Below, piece by piece: positions 25,825 through 39,214 of a DNA stretch of 64,000 bases. Location: positions 234,734,001-234,798,000 of the forward strand of contig NC_058368.1 of assembly GCF_018350175.1 (NCBI RefSeq), read 5' to 3'. The notes beneath the pieces were generated by a model, which saw nothing but the letters and a program-made list of their open reading frames with translations, did no database searches and had not been told where the DNA came from. The translations under genes were made by a program, and so were the position numbers. Source of the stretch: Felis catus (taxonomy: Eukaryota). How positions within the stretch are numbered: position 1 is the first letter of the stretch; every line of letters begins with the position of its first letter.

Positions 25825-26228
25825 CAGGTGGCTTCAGTCAAATCATTTTGTTTGTCTGGGCTATTTTTCCAGCTTGGGCCAGGCTTGGCTGATCTTGGCT
25901 GGGCCACCCCGTGTGCACAGGCCAAAGACTCACCAGTGCATGAAGGCCTCTCCTGACACAGCTGACTTCCATCCACATGGTCTCTCGCCCTTGCCAAGCG
26001 AGCGTGGGCTTGCCCACTGAGTGTTTGTACAAGGACACAAGGCGCTGGGCACTAGGCTTGGGGCTGCTACATTTTGTTGCCCAAGAATATCACTAGGGTA
26101 GTTCAGATCCAAAGAGTAGGGAAATAAATTGCACTTAATGATGAAAAAAGTTGAAAAATCATATTGCAAAGGGCAGAGATATAGGCAAGGAAGAAACAGC
26201 CACTATTTTTACAAACAACTTACTGCAA
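25825..26228 (-). mobile_element. Old MLT1 (H/J/K-like) MaLR LTR
   Basis: 'cagatccaaagagtagggaaataaattgcact...aatcatattgcaaaggg' resembles older MLT1 subfamilies. Confidence 0.55.
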
Positions 26229-27311
26229 AAGGTAAAACCAAGTAAGCCAAGCTGAAAACCAAACCAAAACAAAAATTCAGGTCACCACTTAGACTTGGGA
26301 GGGAAAAACAGTCAAACTTGGCCATGCTTCATGAATCAGTGGCTCTGGATATAGTCTAACAGAACATCGACTACATACTTCCAGGGTTAAGATCTTAGGA
26401 GAGCTCCCTTGTCAAAGGTTTTGTTCTTGTATCTGTTCCCAGCAATGGCTTCTTGGTAGCCCGTCACACACAGTGGGAGAGGAATTTTTGGTGAAACTTT
26501 GTGGATGTTTTTTTTTCTGAGGTCCAGGGGAAGTATAATCAGGCTTTACCAGAGTTCACATTTTTTTTGCTTGTTCTGCCAGTTTGGAATCATTCGATAC
26601 CAGATGCTCCTTACCTCTCTCAATCGGCTTGGAGTTCAATATGGCCTAGAGTTGACCTAAACAGCCCAGATTTGTTCCGATACAACCCCACTGTAGGCTT
26701 AGCTTCTCCCTCGAGTTGTGAGGACTCGGGATCTCCTTGGAGACTCTGTTTATTCCGTGATCATTCCTGACCTCTCCCAGGGGTCGCCTGTAGACCAGCT
26801 GTGGGGGATCACTAGTCTTAGAGGCATTTGATCTGAGCCAGCCCATGAGCCAATAGACCTTGGACGCCTCCTTTGGCACAGAACAAACCGCCTGCAGAAT
26901 GTTTGGGGGACACTCTCATCAGTCCATGATTTTGTGTCCCAGCTTCCTGGAATCCTGGGAAGAGCAGAACCTAACTTCTTGCTCCAGAGTTATAATTCTG
27001 CAAGTCATTGGCGGGATCTGAGAAGACCCTCTATTTAGGGAAGCCCAGATCTGGGCTGTAGAACTTAAGTTGGTATTCCCCACTTGCTTACAGCTGAGCT
27101 ATACATTTGTATAAGGTCTTATGATGCAAAAAAGAGAAGATAAAAGGAGCAAAGCTTTCCCTATCTATATCAATACTGAGGCAAACTCTGCTTTTTCCTA
27201 AGAAAATGCTACCATGATGAGTGGCTCTTGATAGAAGCAAATCTGCACACCTGGTGGGTGACTATTGAATATAATCAGAGAGATTTGTTTGTGCAAAACT
27301 GATAATTAATA

Positions 27312-27520
27312 GGGGCCCCTGGGTGGCTCCGCCGGTGAAGCGTCCAACTAACTTCAGTTCAGGTCATGATCTCACAGCTCATGGGTTCCAGCCCTGCATC
27401 GGGCTCTGTGCTGACAGCTCAGAGCCTGGAGCCTGCTTCGGATTCTGTGTCTCCCTCTCTGCCCCTCCCCCGCTCATGCTCTGTCTCCCTCTCTCTCAAA
27501 TAAATGAACATTAAAAAAAA
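27312..27520 (+). mobile_element. CanSINE
   Basis: Full head-to-tail copy; duplication ATAATTAATAGG at 27302-27313 and 27527-27538. Confidence 0.95.
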
Positions 27521-28130
27521 ACCCTAATAATTAATAGGAAATGTCTTCCTAACCTTTGTCACAAAACTGCAATGGATTAATAATAATAATAATCTTTAAA
27601 ACCAGAAAGAGTATGGAGATACTTCCTTAAACCTGCGATTTTTTAAAAGACCAGAAAACTCGAGTTGAATGGCACTTTATCCGCTCCATGGAGGCCTCAG
27701 CAGCTTGCTTTAACACAGGAAAGCCTTTTCTCCCAGAGCCTGGGGGCCGCATGTTGCCTGGTGCTTCTCTGACTCTGCCTTGAACGAGGAGCTCGTTAAC
27801 CTTCTGGCCGTACCTGTGAGCACAGAGGCGGGAGGCTTCGTTATCTGCTTTTCACAGATGGACCAGTCAGATCCCGGAATCATCATACAGTAACTCTGCC
27901 GGTGGCCGTGGTGGTCTGCTGTCCAAGGTCAAAGTACGTCCCAGCCCCCTGTGATGAGGCCACCTGGGCCGGAGGGCTGAGGAAGAGTGGATGAGAGGCA
28001 GCTGGTGACCGAGTCTCAGAGGCCCCGATACCTGGCCCCCTTTTGGAGTCCACTGGAGCCCCAAAGGCCACAGTGAGAACTGCCCCTTGGGAATGAAGAC
28101 ATCTGGTCCTGCTGCATACATCTCATCTTC

Positions 28131-28342
28131 TTTTTTTTATTTTTTTTTTAATGTTTATTTTTGAGAGAGAGAGAAGCAGAGGGAGAGTGGGGGAGGGGCA
28201 GAGAGAGAAGGAGACACAGAATCCGAAGCAGGTTCCAGGCTGTCAGCACCGAGCCCGACGCAGGGCTTGAACTCACCAACTGTTGAGATCCTGACCCGAG
28301 CTGAAGTCAGATGTTTAACCAACTGAGCCATCCGGACGCGCC
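28131..28342 (-). mobile_element. CanSINE
   Basis: Reverse SINE flanked by duplicated ATCTCATCTT. Confidence 0.93.
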
Positions 28343-28424
28343 AATAAATCTCATCTTTCAAAACGTAAGACTCCGGCAGTAGAAATTTTGATGAGATGTG
28401 GAGTAAGAATCTTGTTTTTTTTAC

Positions 28425-28637
28425 TTTTTTTTTTTTAAGTTTATTTATTTTTGGGACAGAGAGAGACAGAGCATGAACGGGGGAGGGCCAGAGAGAGAGG
28501 GAGACACAGAATCGGAAACAGGCTCCAGGCTCTGAGCCATCAGCCCAGAGCCCGATGCGGGGCTCGAACTCACAGACCGCGAGATCGTGACCTGGCTGAA
28601 GTCGGACGCTTAACCGACTGCACCACCCAGGCGCCCC
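28425..28637 (-). mobile_element. CanSINE, young cat-type (SINEC_Fc-like)
   Basis: Very similar to the 18307-18533 copy; flanked by duplicated TGTTTTTTTTACTTTTT. Confidence 0.96.
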
Positions 28638-31600
28638 TGTTTTTTTTACTTTTTAAGAAAGGAGGTGAGGGGTGCCTGCTTCTCAGTTTCCAAAGGACAC
28701 CCCTCGATGCAGTGCCCAACAAATGCCCAGCCCCCACCCAGCAGCCGCCCAGGAGCTTGCCCCTTCCCAGGACCGGGTCCTGTCTGCTTCCCTCCATTGT
28801 TCCGGCGACCCCGGCACCCCCCACGGTGTGCTGATGGTGACCCCAGAACAGACCTAAGGAGGGGCACCAAATGGGGATGCGAAGCTCCTGGGGAGGGGTG
28901 CGCGCCTCATTAAGCACGCAGGCTGCCTTCTGGGACCTGAAGGCCTGACTTGGGGTATTTGTGAACCTGCACCTGTCGGGCCCACGAGATGCCCCGCACA
29001 CCCTCGCTGCTCCCGCAGAGACAGTCATCTCTGTCTGTTGTTTGCACGCTGGGCCTGGCTCCTAATCAGGCCCCGGCCGAAACCGAATGAGAAGGTAAGC
29101 TCTCTCTCGGGCTGTGCTCGGGTGGCCCGTCCCGTCCTGCACAAAAGTCCGGCCTCGCAGCCTCCAGGGAGGAGTGAGAAGCGAGAGCCAGACAAGCTGC
29201 CTTTGTCAGAAATCGTCCACAGTGACGGGCCACGGCAGGAGCCACGCTCTGCACCCACGCTTTTTATCTTGTAGGTTGTGGGTGGCTGAGAAGGAGTGGA
29301 GTGAGCTCAGGGCAAAAGGATTCCCGCCTCGAGGGCAGGACCTTTCTGCCATCGCACAGGTGGCATTTGACCCGTTCCCGTCCGTCTCTCTAGCTGCAGA
29401 GCTGGTGGGGTTTGGGAACCACAGCCCATCTATTTTCATAGACGGCGGGGTTTCAGTCCTGCAACCCCTCTGTCTTTCTGCCATCGGACTGGCAGGCTGA
29501 GGGCCTGCACCAGCTCAGTGGTAAGAAATACGAAAAGAAGAGAAACATCCCCAGGAACGTGCCTCCGTATCCGTAGTAATCTCCCTCCATCCCGTTCTCT
29601 CTCTCCCTCTATCACCAGCTCTCCCTGCAATCGTTTATAAACCGCTGGGGAGGAAAGGTTAGACAGGCTAAGTTCTGGGTCACACCGTGAAGCGCCCTCT
29701 CTGCTGCTCGCAGACTATTTCAGCTGGGTTTCTCTGCTTTGCCCCAAATGGACACATCGAAGGGCTGGCGAATTATCGCCAGCGGGACTCTGTTGGCTTC
29801 TTTGTGAAGGGCGCCTCCTGTCTCGGAGCTGGGACGGTCGCGGAGGCTCTCTGCCAGCCGCGGAGGGAGGGAGTGCTCCTTCTGGGAGGTCCCACGGGTT
29901 GACCCAAGCAGGACGGAGCAGAGCAGAGAGCGCAAGCCGGAGCGAGCTGGGAGCTGGGAGCCGGCCACCAGTGCAGATGGTTTCTTCAGTATGGAAACCA
30001 GACGGTGAGGACCTCGCGAAGCCTCAGCGAGGAAATAAAGGATCTCTGGAGGCTGTCAGAGGATCCGTGCAAGCCTGTCCTGCGCATTCATTCATTCGCT
30101 CGCTCACTCGTTGCACACGCTTTCCCATCGAAGTGACACCATGCCCGCGTCGTGGGATACGAGGAAGGACTGGTTCCCGTGGGCCGTAGGCCCCCTGGGG
30201 TTGTTCCCCAATAGTCCCCTGCTGGCCTTCAGCCCCTGCCAGCCCTCCAGTGTGGCCCCAGTGGCTGGGAGGTCACACTGGAAAAAGGCTCAGGAGAAAC
30301 CGAATGCCTGCCTGAGGCCTCGCATGACCCCAGCCCCTCTCTTTAGGGTTGAGTCTTCTCTTTCTTTGGCTCTCCTGCCTGTGGCTCTGCCCCTCACGTC
30401 ACAGTGACTTCCACGAGCCGGACTCCCACCAGTGAGGGTGCTCCAGCTCCTCCCCCTCCCCAGGTGGGGGCAGACGCAGGAGGGCTGCCCGGAGGAGGCT
30501 TTGGGGGCACGGGTGAGGGACGTCTTCCCTCCCAGGAGCCCAGGGGAGGGTCCGCCGTGGGGGCCGAGCTGAGCCGAGAGGAGGTCCCATCCTCGGCAAG
30601 AGGAGTCCGTCGGGCTGCCCCTCAGACACACAGCTGTCCCCAGAGCTGCGGTCGTGGGATTAGATCAGAGAGGCCTCCTGGAGGCGCTTTCTAAACAGGG
30701 AAATCTTCCTCGGGGCAAAGGCTGGGTGCTGTTATTTTGAGAGGCCCAAAGGGAAACGATGGGTGCTGGATGGTTTTTCTCCTCTTGGTTCTACAATAGG
30801 GCAAGCCTGGCCTCCCTCCCGAGCGGTGTGTCTGCGCTGGGGCTAAGGCCACGAGAAGCCCAGATCTGTTATTCTTCTCAAATGTCTGGGACTGGACAGC
30901 GTAGTCATGACTCTGTTCGGTGTGGAATATATGCCGCGTCCTTGGCACAGCGGACGATTCCCCTTTCTTATGATGGCCGAGGACGCCCGTGGAGAAGGGA
31001 CCGCTCTCGGCAGTCGGCACCTGTGAAAAGCCAGTTCGGGGTTTTGCATCAAAGAGCGACAAGGACGAGGTTGTTCCGTTGAGCGAATGGAAAAAGGGAT
31101 TTTGCTGAATCTCGAGAGTTGGTGTGGAGCCCAGAGAGCGTCAGTCAGAACTCCCATCCCCAGGACCTAGCGACGGCTTCTCGAAGCCAGCAGGGGCGCG
31201 GGCCCGCTGGTGCCGTGTTAGTGCAGAGGTGCGTTTGGAAGAAACGGGTGCATTTCTTTGTGTTCAGTTGCGGCTCATGGTATTCAGTGAGGCGACAGCC
31301 GCCGGCTTCCAGGCTACACGGGGTGGCAGCGGGGCTGAGCTGGGGCCCTGAGTGGATGCTCTGGGGAAGAGGAAAGGTCCCACTGCACTTGGGGCTCCCG
31401 TGCTAATGGGACCTTACCTCTTCCTTGTGCACACCAGCTGTGCATCTGCACCCGCCAGGGCCTCCAGGAGCGCGGGGAAGGGGCCTTAGCGCTCCGAGCT
31501 GCCTGAGCTGTGCTTTGGGGTGTGGGGAGGGGCATCTATGCACAGAGGGAAGGAATTTTGCCTCAGCAGATCCACAGAAAGAACTATATTTTTCCTCTAA

Positions 31601-32705
31601 ATACTTCAAAATGTTGGGAGGGTTTTGGGGAGAGGTAGGAGAGTTAGAGAAAAAGGAGCAGTGGCAAAGAAAAGGGGAATAAGGCCGTGAAATGCCTCTT
31701 GTCAAGTGATAGGGAGAATAGAATAAACTTGGGACGGTATTTTGGGTTTCAGGTGGCTGTCAGGACCCATGTGACTTATAACGGGTGGAATCATCGCTGT
31801 CCAACAAATGGGAATTTCTACCCTTTTTGCCACAGAATGAGGATTTTAGTTTTTACTCCAAATATTTAACACGTTGCATCGGCTAAGCATTCTTACTTCC
31901 GGTAATGACTATAAAAAACAGAAATATATTCTGACAGATCCTTGAATTGTTTAAATTACAGTGACTGCAGATAAGTAGCAGCTTCCCTACCCCCCACATT
32001 CTGCATCCAGAAAGAAGTCGTCGCTGCTTCTGTCCTTGAACTATTTCAGTTAATTAGAAGAATGTGGAGGAAGCCCATCTCTCCGATTTGGTACTGTTCA
32101 TTACAAAGGTATTCAATATGCCACGGCAAACGGCAGTAATTTTTCCCCGCCTTTTGTCAGGGGGCTCTGAGACGGCTTACAGACACGAACTCGGTTCTGC
32201 CCAGCCCTGGGCCACGCGGGGAGCTGGAAGAAAGGAGTTCCAGACTGACTGAGAAGGAGCTGGAAGAGGTCGGAGGAATAAGGGGTGTCCCTGTGGGTGC
32301 GGCCCCTCCGCCACGCATTCCAAGCCGAGGGTGCTGGTAACAAGTCTGGGGTGCGGGAAGCTTGCCTTTGTATCACCCATCAGGGCGGTGCTGTTAAACA
32401 ATGTGATGGCGCATATCAGATGAGGGTGTCAATTCACCGATTTCCAAGCGTTTTCGGACCACCGCTCGTATATAAATCTTTGCTGCATCAGACCTTCGTG
32501 GATGGCACCTAGTGGGACCTACATGCTGAGATTCCTGGTTTGCAGCTGTGCATCCAGAAGTAAAAGTAACACAGCTGCGTTTCATTCTTTTGAAATTCAC
32601 CACTGCATTTATTCTAAACAAGTATATAATTAGATCCAATTTAGAGAATATATTGAGTGTTTTGTCATAGGAAAGGCGACAAGTGATAGAAACCCAACAG
32701 GACCA

Positions 32706-32909
32706 GGGGCGCCTGGGCGACTCAGTCGGTTGAGCATCTGACGTCGGCTCCAGTCATGATCTCACAGCTTGTGAGTTCGAGCCCCACGTCGGGCTCTGTG
32801 CTGACAGCTCGGAGCCTGGAGCCTGCTTCGGATTCTGTGTGTCCCTCTCTCTGCCCCTCCCCTGCTTACAGGCTGTCTCTCTGTCTCTCTCAAAAATAAA
32901 TAAAACATT
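32706..32909 (+). mobile_element. CanSINE
   Basis: 'ggggcgcctgggcgactcagtcgg...aaaaataaataaaacatt'; flanking duplication AGGACCAG. Confidence 0.95.
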
Positions 32910-33857
32910 AGGACCAGCTTACAATAAAGAGCGAATCATTGGAGGTATGTGAATGGGGTCTTAGACACCTGAGGAGCGACAGAGAAGTAGAATTAGAAAG
33001 GCAGCAGGAGCTTAGGGCCTGGGGGACCCGGCATCGAACCCACCAGGACTCTCTCTCTTCCAGCCCCTCCCATCCACCGCTGCCCCGGGGCTGGTGTCTC
33101 TCCCTCCCATCCCAACCCTCTTGTTCCCTCTTCTCTCAGAACTTCTGTCTCTCTGCTCATCACGGCGGAGGGGAGCACCTGGCCTGCACATCTTACTATT
33201 TTAGCCACTGAGAGAGGCCACCAAGATGTGACCACTGGTCCCGGATCAGGAAACCCAGAATGAAACTTGGAGGTGCCGGAGGTGGGCAGGGCACCCAGGT
33301 ATCTGGCGACTCCTACGAGAACCATCTGGGGAAGCGGGAGGAGGAGATCCCTCAGGGGGCAGCTGCCCTCAGAAGAAGGGGGTCCTGGATAATGAAGGTG
33401 AAGGCTGTTGTATGCATGCCCGCCGTGGGGCTGAGCACAGTGTTGGGGCCAGCTGTAGAAGGGAGTGTGAGACACGGTCCATGCGGAAGAACTGAGGGGG
33501 GGTGTGGGCCAAGGGAGCCAGCAACTTGTATCTTTAATCTGTGACACTGCACTGAGGCTGGATGTGGGCTCCGTGAACACCTGTTACTCCAGTGAGTGAG
33601 TAAATACGTTTGTTCCAGGAATGAGTTAGTGTAAGATTCTCTCAGGTAACTAGGGCATCCATGGGGACGTGAGAAACCTCCCGGGATGATCGACAGCATG
33701 AAGCAGTGGCAGCTCTGACACACTTTGGGGACAGAGGTTCCAGCACATCAACAGGGATGTGTGGTTTAAGAAAGGATAAGAGGAGGAGCGAAGTCTGACG
33801 TCGCCTAGAAAGGATGCGCAGCCAGGTTTGCTGGCGTTCGGGTGTGTGCAGGTAATG

Positions 33858-34250
33858 ACATGGCCCAGTGTGCTCGGACAGTCGTCACGAAGCACCGAGT
33901 CCCGGCCGCTTCTGCACAGACCTTTACGTTCTCCTGGCCCTGGAGGCTGCAAGTCCCTGAGTGAGAAGTCTGCAGGGCTGGCTTCTCCTGGGTGCACGGA
34001 TGGCCACCCTCTTGCTGCCTCCCCACAGGGTCTCCTCTCCGTGTGTCCGGCCCCTGAGTCTCCTCTGTGTGCCCTCGTCACCTCTTCTTGCGAGGACACC
34101 AGTCACGCTGGAGTAGGGCCCTGCCCAACAGCCTCATCTTGACAGAACTGCCTGGTTAAAGGCCCTGTCTCCAAATACACTCACCGTCTGAGGCACTCGG
34201 TGTCAGGGCTTCGACGTGTGAATTTGGGGAACACAACTCAGTCCAAAATA
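33858..34250 (-). mobile_element. MLT1A/B-like MaLR LTR
   Basis: 'ctggaggctgcaagtcc', 'gaggacaccagtcacgctggagtagggccc', 'gtgtgaatttggggaacacaactcagtcca'. Confidence 0.75.
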
Positions 34251-36542
34251 TGATGGAACTGGATGTTTTTCTGGGGCCCCCTTCTACAGGTCCTTGGACA
34301 TCCCGGGGGTGAGTGGGTCCTGTATCTCAATAAGCAGTTGCAATGAGACTCGGTCCCTAGGATAATTAGTGGGTCAATTGTAGATGGGGGGGGTTCTGAA
34401 ATGAGGGACAGATCGCGAGATGCTTCTGTCTTGCCCTCCCTGCGGCGTTGCTGGACCGGAAGACACAAAGCTTCAAGCGAGCCTAGCAGACCAATCTTCC
34501 CATTGGTGTGCCCTGTAGGACAACCTTGAATGGGGTCTGGTGACAATGCCGGCCTCTAGGATGCCCCCGGGGAGTGTCTGGGCAGAAGAGGAGAGCCAAG
34601 TGCCCTAAAGGATGACCCAGGGCCTCTGTGAGGCAGGCCAACAGGTGCAGGGGCCACTGACACCAGAAGCAGGGATTTCATCTCTTAGATGTGAGCTTCG
34701 GGGTCAGAAAAAAGTTGCAGCAGTTGCCAGTTTGGCTCCCAGGGAGACTGCCATGGTCTGCATTTGGTTCTGGGGATCGGTGAGCCTGGGCTGTTTTGGG
34801 GGGGGGGCCCAGCGGGGTTGTGAGAGCTGCCCCCCTACGCCACCACCCTGCATTGCCTGCTCACCTCTGGCTTCTCACAGCTTGGTCAGGCGCCTCTCCT
34901 GTGCGACCCTCACACCCCTGCTCTGTCCCACCGCTAAGGCAGCTACCCTCCCCATGCAGAAGGAAGTAACACTCCTGTTTACAGACTGGTTGGTGCAGAG
35001 CTGCAGTAAAGCCAGCCCTGTTTCTGAGGGATGTGTAATTAGTGCCAATTTTCACAGGAAGCTTCTTAGAGCTGATTAAAAGCATAGGAGGCGTTGGTGA
35101 GAATTACCCGGACTTTCCCTTCCCTCTCCCAGAGCTGCTCATTAGACCCGGGGAGGAACCGACTGCTGTCAGTGTCGTCCTTGATGTAAGACTTACAGTT
35201 GGGGGGCACCAAGCGCCCTCCCGGCTTGCATGGATGGGGAAGTCACGAGGCTGACATTTGAACGCTCAGATCCACTCCGCCATCCTCCTCACAGAACGCT
35301 GATCTTCACGCACCTGATGGCCAAACCCAGCCAAGGGCTCCCAGCTGGACTGCCTGTGTTTTCTCTTCCATTTCCCCCAGGCACTGTGGTTTCCTGACCA
35401 TCCAGAAACACTTGGATGTGCAGTATCATTTTAGGGAATTTGGTAATCTAGGAACACCCAAATAACATCTAAGATGGCTATAAAAATCGAAGAAATGAAA
35501 AATTGCGGAAATGAACGGTGGAGCCTGTAATTAAAATAGGAAACATACATTCATCTAATATATTGACACGTGATTGAACTGAAAGGTAACAATGAAATAT
35601 TTCCTTTTTTCTACTGCTGACATTCTGCTAGTTAACAAATCTTAATTGGATACTGCCTACGCACCAGCTCTGTAAGACCGGGGATCTATGAGCACAGAGA
35701 AGCACCAACACGCGTGTGACAGAGAATCACACGCACGAGAAAGTGGGCGGTGGTGTGGCCCAGCTGGTGTTGGCTGCAGGCATCCAGGGACACACATGGA
35801 GGGAAGAAGGAGGGAGGACACTTCAGCCTGTGGGACCCTGTGAAGAGAGTGGCATTGATTTCTGGGAAGGGGGGTTGGGCTGTGGTTTCCTTCTGGTCAT
35901 GGGGGAGATCAGCAGAGGAAAGGCAGAGCCTGGAACTTGGGGAATCCTGGGATCATCCAGTGGAGGAAGAGGTAAGGGGCCTGGATTACAGTGATGACAA
36001 CAGGAGGCTTGGAGGGAAGGGACAGGTGGCATTCACTTCAAAGGGAGAGTCAATACTGTGCTTTGGGTATAGATTTTGTCTGTGTTTGTGGTAGAACCTC
36101 AAAGCTTCGGGAAACTTCTCTTGTGAGAGTTCACCAGCCTCCTCAGTGTTACTTTCAAATGGCCATTAGGACCTTCTTCTGTCTCCACTTTTCCCCTACA
36201 TTTCACATTCTTGAGCTCGTGTGCCCCGCTTGTATGGTGACATTGGAATATAGAACCGAAAGAAAGGAGAGAGCAAGCAGGGACAGCATATTTGAATACA
36301 GTGATTTTTAAAATCACTCTGAGAAGTTTAATAGAGGGGCTTTATTTTGGGAAGACAGTTCTCGGAAGTATCGCATTCCCCCACACCTCTCCCCAATGTC
36401 ATTTGAGTTTTTAGTCTTTCTTATCTGTCCCTTTTCTTTCCTTCTCCTGATTTTCTTTATATGCCTCATAATCCTTGCAAGATAGTTATTTTAAGGATGG
36501 CAGGGTGGGTTAATTTATAGCTGTTATAAATTTCCTTAGCTA

Positions 36543-36681
36543 TTTTTTACTTTTAAGTAATCTTCATGCCGAGTGCAGAGCCCTGAACCCAGTGCAAGGC
36601 TTGAACTCACGACCCTGAGATCAAGACCCAAGCTGAGATCAAGAACCTGATGCTTAACCAGCTGAGCCACCCAGACACCCC
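36543..36681 (-). mobile_element. CanSINE, older short type lacking the CT tract
   Basis: 'ttttaagtaatct...ggcttgaactcacgaccctgagatcaagac...ctgagccacccagacacccc'. Confidence 0.85.
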
Positions 36682-36827
36682 TCCACTGCTATTATGTGTA
36701 GAATTATGGCTTGTGAATATGAAAACTTCCAGAGAGTTCTGTGTATGCTGAGGAAGCTTGTTGACTAACAGGGATTACTTTCAAGTAAATGCGTGGATGG
36801 CTGATTTGGGGGAAGGTTTAATTACCT

Positions 36828-37460
36828 CTCTGTCCATCTGTCCATCCATCCATCCACCCATTCATCCATCCATCTGTCTGTCCGTCAATCCATCTGTCCA
36901 TCCATCCCTTCATCTATCCATTTATTCATCCATCTGTCCATCCATCCATCCATCCTTCCATCCATCCATCCATGCATCCATCCATGCATCCATCCATCCA
37001 TCCATCCATCCACCCATTCATCCATCCATCTGTCTGTCCGTCCATCCGTCTGTCCATCCATCCCTTCATCTATCCATTTATTCATCCATCTGTCCATCCA
37101 TCCATCCATCCATCCATCCATCCATCCATCCATCCATCTGTGCATCCTTCCATCCATGCATCCATCCTTCCGTCCTTCCATCCATCCATCCATCCTTCCA
37201 TCCACCCATCCTTCTATCCATCCATCCATCCATCCACCCATTCATCCATCCATCTGTCTGTCCATCAGTCCATCTGTCCATCCATCCCTTCATCTATCCA
37301 TTTATTCATCCATCTGTCCATCCATCCATCCATCCATCCATCCATCCATCCATCCGTGCATCCATCCTTCCGTCCTTCCATCCATCCATCCATCCTTCCA
37401 TCCATGCATCCATGCATCCATCCATCCATCCATCCATCCTTCCTTCCATCCATGCATCTA
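36828..37460. repeat. (CCAT)n array with higher-order repeat structure
   Basis: About 630 bp of CCAT variants; marker CCCTTCATCTATCCATTTATTCATCCATCTGTCC recurs at 36906, 37062 and 37286. Confidence 0.95.
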
Positions 37461-37719
37461 TCTTATCCTCTTTGCCTGGAGGAGTCCGGAACGCTGGATC
37501 TCTGTTTTCACCAACATCTGGGCAGGGAATGGGAGGGCCAACTCAGGCAGACATTTTACAGTTGGACTTTTGATTCTTCCCTCCTCTATCGCTTTTGTTG
37601 TGTTGTTGTTTTTCCTTCCATACCATCATTGCAGGATGCTTGCAACCTTTGGTCTAGAGCTTCTTCTAGGTTCTGAGCATGACACTATCTCCCTTTTCAG
37701 GACAAAACGTGAAATCGGA

Positions 37720-37900
37720 AGCCAGACCTCCTGGGCACCCATCCTGGCTTCTGTGCTTACTGGCCCCAGGACCTTGGGCAAGTTACACAACCCCTCTGTG
37801 CCCCCATCTTCTCAACCCTGATCTTTTGGGTTGTTGTGAGCACTGGATGTGGGAGTATGTGTCAAAGATCTGACTGTGCACGGACATGACCCTCACTTGA
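37720..37900 (+). mobile_element. MIR remnant
   Basis: 'atcctggcttctgtgcttact...gaccttgggcaagttacacaacccctctgtgcc...gggttgttgtgag'. Confidence 0.65.
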
Positions 37901-39012
37901 TGTGTGCCACTAATGTGGTTGCTGCAGTCACTGCCATTAGTGCTCTTGTGACCCTTACCCTCTGCTTTATCCCCTCTCCAACTTTCAGGTCATGATGTTC
38001 TGTTCTGTGTTATCACTTTTTAAGCTTCCTGAAATGTGTTGGAATTTTTCATTTGTTGATGAGTTCCTTCCTGTTCTTTTTGTCGTTATGAGCTTATTCT
38101 TCTGCCTTCTTGTGTCCTCTCTGTCTCTCTCTCTGGTAACCATTTTACCCTAGCCTTATTGGTGTCTCAGCAGGAAGAAGAGAGGCAAATGTGGGTGCTT
38201 GAGTACCTTTTCTCTTCTTGTTTTTGAGAGTTCCAGATCACCTAAGATGACTGTGTCCATTCTATTTAAAAGACGAAACAGCTTTCCTTCATAGCAGGAT
38301 GATGCCTGGGCACTGAGAGCTCTCTAATAACCAACCCCCTCACTCAGCAGTTCCAGAAGCACCCCTCACCCTGTGTATCTGAGCTTTACGAAAACTATCG
38401 CTTTGTGTCAGCTGTTTCTACTGGGCCCACAGATGACGTATTTTACTGTGTCTCTCAGGGATCCCAAAGTGTTTTATCCAGCACAGCCTTTCCATTACTA
38501 AGTTGAAGGCTACAGTACGACACCAGCTTCCCGCCACAAATAATACCTCCGCACAGAAGGGTAGCAGGTAACAAGTTGCCACTCACTCCGTGCATCGTAG
38601 GTGCCATTTGCAAATTTAGGAACCACAAGCTTATTCCGTAGCTTTTAGCTGAGAAGGAAAAACAGCCATTCTTGCTGCTTATTTGCTGAGCATTTGTGAG
38701 GTTTCATAAAAGAAAAGCAAGTCAGGATCCGCAGACGTGTAGCATCACACCGTAACCGCGCTGGGTACAGAAATTCGCGAACGATCCTCACTTCATTCCC
38801 TGATGACGGCTGAGCCCTTCCCCGTGGTCACCTCAGCTCCGGGCAGAGACCTCCCCCGGAACCTAGCTCCCAGGGAATGTGGCTGCTTGAGCTCTTCCTG
38901 TGGTGAGGCCCGTGGTCACCCAGGTCAGGATCATGCCCTGTGTGTCAGCAGCAGGGTGTCTGCTCACATGCCGGGTTCCTCTGATCTCCCTGCCCACGAT
39001 ATTTTAAACACA

Positions 39013-39214
39013 TGTTTAATGTTTATTTATTTTTGAGAGAGACAGGGCATGAACAGGGGAGGGGCAGAGAGAGAGGGAGACACAGAATCGGAAACAGGCT
39101 CCAGGCTCTGAGCTGTCAGCATAGAGCCCGATATGGGGCTCGAACCCACAAACCGCAGGATCATGACTGGAGCCGAAGTCGGACGCTCAGCCGACTGAGC
39201 CACTAGGCGCCCCC
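39013..39214 (-). mobile_element. CanSINE
   Basis: Reverse SINE; duplicated CCACGATATTT at 38994-39004 and 39219-39229. Confidence 0.95.

Noticed and set aside
33347..33363. CTCF-like CCCTCAGGGGGCAGC
   Set aside because: Partial match only; such words are common at this GC content
36758..37821. Longest ORFs (271, 234 and 221 aa; SIHP/MDGW repeats)
   Set aside because: They are translations of the stop-free CCAT array, with no coding signature
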